A stretch of DNA of 64,000 nt from Chrysomallon squamiferum (lineage: Eukaryota; Animalia; Mollusca). The DNA is taken from the NCBI GenBank assembly GCA_012295275.1, contig CM022671.1, positions 4,402,001-4,466,000 of the forward strand, written 5' to 3'. Under the pieces are notes generated by a model, which ran no database searches, was not told the origin of the DNA, and saw only the letters and a program-made list of their open reading frames with translations. The translations under genes were made by a program, and so were the position numbers. Shown piece by piece: positions 55,112 to 64,000 of the stretch. Each line of letters begins with the position of its first letter. Positions within the stretch are counted from its first letter, which is position 1.

Positions 55112-56076
55112 AATGCAACTCGCAGAACTGCCGTCTCCCCGACTGCTTCTGCCCCGGCTCCACCATCCCCAACGGCCTCCCACCATCCCGGACGCCGCAG
55201 ATGGTGATGCTGACGTTCGACGACGAGGTGTCGGCGTCCTACTACGGCTACTTCCAGCGTCTGTTCCGCCCGGGCCGCTACAACCCCAACGGCTGCCCCG
55301 TCCGCGGCTGCCTCTTCGTCAGCGGCTCCGGCACCGACTACGACCTCGTCTACCCTCTCTACGCGATGGGCGTGGAGGTGGCCAGCCACACCCTGTCGCA
55401 CCGCTTCCCGCACACGTGGTGGAGCGCGGCCTCGTATCAGGACTACTACGACGAGGTCGTCGGCATGAAACAGAAGCTCGCCTCCGACGCCGGCATCCCG
55501 TATGACAGCATCAGAGGGTTCCGCGTGCCTTTCCTCCAGCTCGGCGGGGACAACATGTACCAGGCGCTGTACGACGGCAAATTCGCGTACGACACGTCGA
55601 TGTTCACGGGCGCCGTGTGGGAGGGCGGGGAGCCGGTGTGGCCGTTCACGCTCGACTACGTCCCCAGCGACTACTACTGCCAGCACGGGCCCTGCCCCAC
55701 GAAGCAGTACCCGGGGCTGTGGGAGATCCCCGTGCAGCGCTGGTACGGGGTGGACGGCCACTCCTGCGCCATGGCCGACGGGTGCACGTCGACGGGCGAC
55801 GCCCAAGAGGCGCTGGAGTTCCTCCGCAGCAACTTCCTCCGTTATTACCATTCCAACCGGGCTCCGTTCGGCATCTTCGTGCACGCGCGCTGGTTCCACA
55901 CCGAGCACCACATCGACGCCCTCGACGCCTTCGTCGACGAGCTGATGGAGATGAACGACGTCTACATCGTCACCCCGAGCCAGGTGATCGAGTGGATGAA
56001 GAGCCCCACCCCGCTGGGCGAGGTCCAGTACTTCGGACCCTGGTCGTGCGAAGGGTCGGTTAGTAAAAAGAAATAA
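55112..56076 (+). CDS. Chitin deacetylase-like protein, exon 2: CE4/NodB polysaccharide deacetylase domain; joined CDS 614 aa
   Basis: Acceptor ttccag|. The phase-1 join reads ECNSQNCRLPDCFCPG...TPQMVMLTFDD, typical of animal CDAs. Motifs TFDD (55213), HTLSH (55387), RVPFL (55522), YDTS and GIFVH are all intact. Confidence 0.95.
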
Positions 56077-57726
56077 GTCTGTTAGGACTTTTTGCCTAGT
56101 TAAGAATTTTTTTTTTTTTTTTTTAATGTCTGGAATAAATATAATAATAATAAGTCAAATATTAATTATTTTGAGAAAAATAATATAGGGTTAAAAAAAG
56201 AATATATTATTTCACTATAATAAGCATGATTTATAGTTCTTTCCATATAAAAATGATGAAAAGAGGTCGATATTTTTTAATTATCGTATTTTCTGATGAA
56301 GTAAAACTAATAAAATCAAATATTACGAGATTTTACGAGATTATACGAGAGTTAAACAATGTTAATAATGAATTCCATGTTGTCCTAAATTCATTCGGAA
56401 TTTATGAAAGCTGTGTCTGTTTTTCCAGTGTTACTTCACTTGAAAACAGAACACTATTAATAAGAGCTGAATTTGAAAAAAAAAAATATTTGACTTATTA
56501 TTTATTTCCAAGACAAAACGCAGATTTGAACGAGATAAAATAATTGTGTTACGGACACAGAATAATCAAAACTGAGCAGCTTCATATATATTTATATATA
56601 TATATATATATATATAAGAGAAAGATAAAAATGACAAAAAAAAAAAAAAAACCCTTATAAATTCAGTATTATATTTCATGCAAAATTCACATTTTATAAT
56701 TTTTTATCCAGTCGATATGACAACGACATTTTGTAATTTTATATTCTGCCATCGATGTTTGTCAAGATTTGTTTTATAAACGATAAATGTGTTGTTATAT
56801 TTTTGAAAACCAAAGATTAATATAATTTGTGTGAAAAGTATGTGTGAATCTCTCTCTTTACGTGTATCTGTTTCAGTGTGAATGTTTGTGAAATTGTCAT
56901 TAATTTGTTTTTCTTATAGAAAATAGATCTTTCAGTAAAGTAATTTGGCTGGGCAAAGTAATCGGTTATATAATCTTAATATCTATTTATCAGTGCATAG
57001 TGAGGGCAGGGAAATGTTTTAAAAACAAATATGGGTGTTGGCAAGTGCACGAAAATTATTATCAGTCTTGTCTCAGAGAAATACTGAAATACTCCTTGCA
57101 TAACCCAATTTCTAACTTCACGAAAAGCATCTTTGTCATGAAAACAAAAGTTACAAGTATTTATTTAATTTTGAGTTAACTGTATATATAAACAAATTAT
57201 GAGGGTAGCCAAATTTGTAAGATGTAGCCATGATAAATTCATAAAAAAGGAAATATTTAAATATCTTAATTGATTTGTGAGAGATAAATCTGAAAAGTAG
57301 AATAATATATATTTTTAAAATTTATTTATTTATTTACATGTAGACATTTCAAAAACACTCTGAGAAATTCATTTTTTTTACAAATATTTATATATCGAAA
57401 AATTGTAGTTTTTATATCTATTACATTATTATGCAAATTATACACATACACAAAAAAAAAAAGAAAAAAAAGAATAATCTACATTTAATAACAGGACAGT
57501 TTGTCCGTTTGTCTGTTTGTTTATCTGAAATATTTTTGTCGTGTTTCGAAGTTTGTAAATGTTTTATGTAAATAGAAATAATCCGCTGTTTGAAACGAGT
57601 GTAAGACGTGTGTGAGACGTTGTTGCTGACGATGTAAATATGTTGTGTATATATATATCACATATATACATCTCTGTGTGTATTATATCTACTTCATCTG
57701 TGTAAATACTCATAAGTCACGTTCAC

Positions 57727-57780
57727 AATAAACTTGTATATCACTTAAACACGTGTCTGCTTGTTGCTTCTGTTTATATG
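57727..57780 (+). terminator. Probable polyadenylation signal of the deacetylase gene (3' UTR ~1.7 kb)
   Basis: AATAAA at 57727, followed ~25 nt later by the GT-rich GTGTCTGCTTGTTGCTTCTGTTT. Another AATAAA lies near 56134. Confidence 0.5.
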
Positions 57781-58069
57781 TAAACCTGTGACAATGTTTG
57801 TTGTCTTCGTAACTGTCTTTGTGCTTTCGTAAGATTATGGGATATTAGCACGTATGTTTTAAATAACGTACCTAATTTTTAATTATGACATTCACACACA
57901 CACACACATCCATACACATGACATACATATATACATACATACATACATACATACATACATACATACATACATACACATACATACATACATACATACATAC
58001 ACATACATACATATATACACATACATATATACATACATACATACATACATACGTACATACATACTTAAG

Positions 58070-58250
58070 GTTCAGATGGAGAATGGATGTCATACGTTCG
58101 AGTCTCGTCAGCGGCATCTGACGGGTTTGTAAGGATGTGATTGGACTTTGTCCTCCTGCGCCAGTGCGTTCCCGAATATTGTCTATGTGCAGAGTCTAAT
58201 CAGACGTACATAAGTCAGAGAATATTCATTCTTAAATACATACATACATC
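58070..58250 (+). mobile_element. Possible SINE remnant of a second family
   Basis: B-box-like GTTCGAGTC at ~58096, a GC-richer body and a short (TACA)n tail. Confidence 0.35.
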
Positions 58251-58745
58251 TGAAAAATAGCCATATTAGAACACATTGGATAAATTTGTGTCCTAAACAT
58301 CATCAGAAGCTGTTTCGAAATACGACATCAAATAATTTTAACTGAGACACAAATCTTTTTATTCAATATTAGGATTCTTTTATTTTAATTTTCTCCTTTT
58401 GTGATTAGTTTGAAATATACTCACTACTTAGTTAAAAAACGTGATGAGATTGTCTCTGGCACTCGATGATGAAGCAGCAGTCTAAACAGTTTTAGTTTAT
58501 TCTGCACTGTACTGAAATGAAATTCAGTTATCAGAGTTGAAGAAGACTTACACAAATTATTTGCTTTTAGTTTATAATTACAGAAGCATCACTAACATAT
58601 TTAAATGCATATTATCTGCATATACAATACATGTATAGGTTACACACACATATACACAAACATACATAAATACATAAATAAATAAAAATATACATTCATC
58701 CATACATAGATACACACACATACACACATACATTCATACAAGCAT

Positions 58746-58780
<35 letters not shown>

Positions 58781-59814
58781 CAAGTAATATATATATATAG
58801 ATTAGATAGACAGAGAGTTAAGCAGATAGATTGATAGACAGACAGACAGACAGATTAACAACATGAATAAATTGTTATATTGACATATTAGCTGAAATGG
58901 AGTTGGCTGCAGTTTAAGAAGTAATGTGTCGCAAGATCTCTTCTTTCTGGCCCCTTTTGTAATCACGAGTAAGTAGAGAGTATAGTCAATGGCAAATTGA
59001 TTTAAAAAAAAATTAAATATATGAAAAAATTAAATATAAATAAATATAAAAATAAAAAAAGTCGTATATGCCTATCATCGTTAATAACGCTATTACAGAG
59101 ACATTCGCTCTAAAAGTGTCGTTATAAAGTAACTAACACAGATACATATTTACATACGAGTCTTTAAAAACAAAACTAATAATAAATAAAAATAAATAAG
59201 AAAATTACTCATTTCATTGACTGACTCATTAATTCATTTATATATGGACTAACCATTATATTCATACATTTATATCCTTTTTTAATAATCATTTTTCATT
59301 CAGATAAAATTTAATTATAGTGAATTTTGAAGTCGCCGATTATCTTTTGCTTAAAACGACAACTCAGTCTTGTGTATAATTTTGCATCGGTTTCAAAGTA
59401 AAAGATAACTCTTTCGTAGATAACGATAAGAGTTCCATTCCTTGAACTAAATGTACACAGTGGTTTATTTAACAAAGAAATGAACAAATGTTGAGGATAT
59501 CTTAACCGAAATTTTTAAATATAAAACTCTTTCTTAATAACTGAAATAGACAGACTTTACGATATGCACAAAATTATTTAAAAAGCTGCATATGAAATAT
59601 AAATGGAATTCGTGTTTAGACTTTGATCTTATTCTCAGGTTTTCTCCATATTCCGAAATCTGTAACATCTCCTGTCTCAAAGTATAAAGAATCCTCAGCC
59701 TGTATTATTATTATTATTATTATTATTAGTGCTGTTGTTATTATATCATTATTATTGTTATTATAATTGTCGTTGTTGTTATTATTATTGTTACTGTTAT
59801 TAATATTATTAACG

Positions 59815-59818
59815 TATG

Positions 59819-59865
<47 letters not shown>

Positions 59866-60228
59866 GTATTTATGTATGTATGTATGTATGTATGAATGTA
59901 TGTTTGTAAGTATGTATGTATGTATTTATGTATGTTTGTATGTATACTTGTATGTATATGTAGAATATATATATATATGTGTGTATGTGTGTATGTGTGT
60001 ATGTTTGTGTGTGTGTATGTATGTATGTATTTATGTATGTGTGTGTGTTTGTTTTGATGTATGTGTGTGTATGTATGTATGTATATATATATATATGTAT
60101 GTATGTTGTTTGTTTGTGTGTGTGTGTGTGTGTATGTGTGTATGTGTGTGTATGTGTGTGTGTGTGTGTTTGTTTTGTGTGTGTGTGTGTGTGTGTATGT
60201 CTTGATGTATGTGTGTGTGTGTGTCTGT

Positions 60229-60267
<39 letters not shown>

Positions 60268-60375
60268 TATGTGTGTGTGTGTTTGTTTTGATGTGTGTAT
60301 GTGTGTATGTGTGTATGTGTGTATGTGTGTATGTGTGTGTATGTGTGTATGTGTGTATGTGTGTATGTGTGTATG
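59815..60375 (+). repeat. (TATG)n/(TG)n low-complexity tract
   Basis: Directly visible. Confidence 0.92.
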
Positions 60376-60668
60376 GTGAGGTCAGACTTAACTGCATATC
60401 ACTTCAGTTCGATCCTGTTTCTCTACGTCAGCGGCAGCCTTTCATATTTCAACATCATCAGCGACAGTGATTAACTATTGCTCCTACATACAGCAACATC
60501 AATGCTTAAGAGCTATACGTGTGTGTGCGTGTGTGCGTGTGTGCGTGTGTGCGTGTGGAGGGGTATCGACCCATCTGTCCATCTATTATGCATTCAAGAA
60601 CTTTTAACATTATTTGTTTGTTTATTTGTTTATTCTCCAAAAGAAAAACAAAATAAGTAAAGTAAGTA

Positions 60669-60720
<52 letters not shown>

Positions 60721-61078
60721 GAGTAAATAATTAAGCTGATGCATAAATTATGTGTACGGACGTGTGTAAGTGTGTAAGTCTGAACATTAAAATGAGGATG
60801 AGTGGTGCTACAAAATGATCAATGTAATTATTTATTTATGATGTCCAAAGTTTTGTTTTGCTTAAATTATCGTTGATTTATTTCTATCCTGAGTTATCAT
60901 TGTTTATTATTGTTGTTGTTGTTGTTATCTTGGTTGTTATTCATCTTTCATTAAAGTTTAAAGTATAATTCATTTTATGAAATATCACCAATGCACAAAA
61001 TCCTAAAAGACTGGGTCTATGGTAAACGTCATTACGATATTACATTTTAGGAAGTTTATTTATAGATCGACTTAAATT

Positions 61079-61121
<43 letters not shown>

Positions 61122-61496
61122 CTTTTTTTAAATAAATGAATGAATGAATGAATAATATAATAATAATAATGTAAAAAGTAAATAAATAAAATTAAAAATA
61201 AAGATTAAAATAGACAAAAAAAAAAAACAAAACAAAACAAACAAAAAACGAACGAAAATATATAAAATTAAAAATATCAAAAAAAAAAAGAAGAATAACA
61301 ACAATAATTTATAAAATAAAAGGCTGAAAAAAATAAAAATAAAACATACAAACAAACAAACAAACAAACAAACAAACAAACAAGCTAGTAAAGAAAATAA
61401 GAAGAAACAAATAATGTTTTTTTCTTACTATTTAATTTTACATTTTATAAAATAACTGATGGGTATAACTTGTTTTTCTCCGTAAGAAAAAAAAAA

Positions 61497-61561
<65 letters not shown>

Positions 61562-61576
61562 TAATAATAATAATCA

Positions 61577-61609
<33 letters not shown>

Positions 61610-61620
61610 CATCATCATCA

Positions 61621-61651
<31 letters not shown>

Positions 61652-61653
61652 CA

Positions 61654-61726
<73 letters not shown>

Positions 61727-62194
61727 GCCTCACAAGGAAGAAACAATGACATTTTTCAGGTATATATTATAACCACTTATCATTTACACGCGTGTCACAA
61801 AAGACAGAAATGAGACACCATTGAAAACAGAGAACCTTCGTGACAGAATAAATACATCAATGGCCGTTCGTGACAGCTTACATAGATCTTGTTAACTGAC
61901 CAATCAAAAATCAGGTTACATGACAGCTGAGACAAGCACTCTTTTCTTTGTGCTGACACTATGACATTTCCGTGTTCAGATTCCGAATGATTTCTTAATT
62001 TGGTTTCTCTTTTCTCTTTCGGTCATGATTTTTTTCTTTTCCTTTTTTTACTTTTCATCTCACTTTTTGTTGTCATTGTGCCATAATCGGACTCTCTGAG
62101 CAAAATAAAAAAAAAAATAATAAAAAAAAAAAACAACAAAACAAAAAAAAAAAAATAAAAAAACCCCAAACAATTAAAATTAAATTAAACCAAC

Positions 62195-62250
<56 letters not shown>

Positions 62251-63099
62251 GACAGCAGTACTTATAGTAGTATGTATTAGTATTAGTTACATTAGTAGTA
62301 GTAGCAGCAGTAGTATAGTAGTAGTATAGTAGTAGTAATGTTAATACTAACAGCTATAGTAGTAATAGTAATTGTAGTGATTATAGTAGTAACAGCAGCT
62401 AAAGCAGTTACTAGTATGTTGTAGTAAAGCAGGTCTAACGGTATGTAGTAGTAGTAGTAGTAATGGTAGTAGTTGTAGTAGTAGTGGTAGGTGTAGTAAT
62501 AGTAATGATAGGGTAGTTGTAGAAGTACTGGAGATATCGTCGTGGTGGTAGTAGCAGTTGCAATAACAAGGAAAACAAACAAATAAATAAATATGAAAAT
62601 AAATATTAAAAAAAACGATTATCATTAACGGAAAAAAAAAATTTAAAAAAATTTAAGAGGAAAATCGACGTCCAACTGTTGAAAATAAACCTAATTTTAT
62701 TTTATTTAAATTTCTTATCTGTTATTTTATCCCATAAAGCAACTGACTTTAATCTTCAATTTAGTGTTCATTATCTTTCAAGCTGGCATTTATGGCAGTT
62801 TAATTTACATTAATTTGGATTTTGACATCGGTTTCACCTTTGTTTCCAAAATTATTTGATTTATTGATATGGCGGTGTTAATAAAAAAAAAAAAAAATGC
62901 CACCCAAAACGATTGAAATCTCTCTTAACTCTGAAATCATATTTTAAATAAACTGTAATAACATTATAATTATACAGGGCTAATCCGGGCTTGCCAAATT
63001 TCCTGTTAATCCCTGATCTGAAACAGGTGAAGTCCTTGAGTTAATAATCAAAACAGGTGTGCCATTAGTAACACCTGTAAATATCAGGTGAAATTAATT

Positions 63100-63133
<34 letters not shown>

Positions 63134-63701
63134 CCAGGTGTTAATCTGTGTGACGCAGTAGTAAATTTAAACTTGTCAATCAAACTAAATTTATCTTTTG
63201 TTCTTAACCTACGTATTTATTATTCAAACATTTTTGTACAAACAAACATGTCAAAAAAAAAGAAAAAAAAAAAAGAAGAAAGATCGGCTCTAAAATATAA
63301 ACCTGTCAACTTGTCTAAATGAATTTCGATTTACCTTCGCTTATTTACGTATTCATTATTTATGTATATATATGAGAATAGGCGTATAATTATTTATTCC
63401 TGGTTAAAAAGACGACGTAATTATAAATAATTAATTGGACAGAGTGTCAGAGTAAATTTAGATTTTCTTATTCTGATCTGCATAGTTTGTGCAGGAGTTA
63501 GTGATAAAATAATTGACTGGTTTTCGTATAAACAGCCCGGGGATCAATAGCTTGTAAGTATATGACGTAGATACCGTGTGTTTGTGAGAAATGTTAAGTG
63601 TACGGAGAGAGAGAAGAAGAAAAACAGAGATAAAATGAAAACCAATAAAGAGAGAAAATGACTGAAAGAAAGAAAGAGAAAAAGGGATAGAGGAACGGGT
63701 G

Positions 63702-63819
<118 letters not shown>

Positions 63820-63892
63820 TTTTGATTGATAGATTGAGAGAGAGAGAAATATAGACATGTAGACTGAGAGAGAGAAAGAGAGAGTGAAAAAC

Positions 63893-63994
<102 letters not shown>

Positions 63995-64000
63995 ATGGTG

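Noticed and set aside
55087-55911. 274-aa antisense ORF and alternative-frame ORFs over the deacetylase exon
   Set aside because: Expected shadow of very high GC3 (few stop codons in other frames); no recognisable motifs.
55112-56076. Horizontal transfer of the deacetylase from bacteria or fungi
   Set aside because: Animal CDA-type Cys motifs and a canonical phase-matched splice to a CBM14 exon; composition alone is insufficient evidence.

Overview
AT-rich, microsatellite-dense animal genomic DNA with spliceosomal introns. It is probably a mollusc or other lophotrochozoan, an inference from decayed tRNA-SINEs and gene content. Four protein-coding genes can be reconstructed by hand. (1) The first two coding exons of a Rab43/Rab19 GTPase (minus strand, running off the left edge). 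(2) Head-to-head with it, a two-exon THAP zinc-finger gene (375 aa) with a 63-bp tandem array of IKQE SUMO-consensus motifs and a C-terminal coiled coil. (3) A small single-pass membrane protein with a 6-Cys ectodomain (198 aa from ATG 8687), plus a candidate signal-peptide first exon whose frame depends on acceptor choice. (4) A two-exon secreted chitin deacetylase (614 aa: signal peptide, CBM14, ~220-aa Ser/Gly linker, intact CE4 domain) whose catalytic exon has extremely GC-rich third codon positions. The ~37-kb gap between genes 3 and 4 has no recognisable CDS. It contains two unrelated long inverted duplications, an orphan TATA promoter/first-exon candidate resembling the deacetylase core promoter, decayed SINEs, a telomere-like tract and many islands of clustered transcription-factor motifs. 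I found no rRNA, intact tRNA or CRISPR array. Most ORFs in the supplied track are microsatellite artefacts. All alignments and counts were made by eye.
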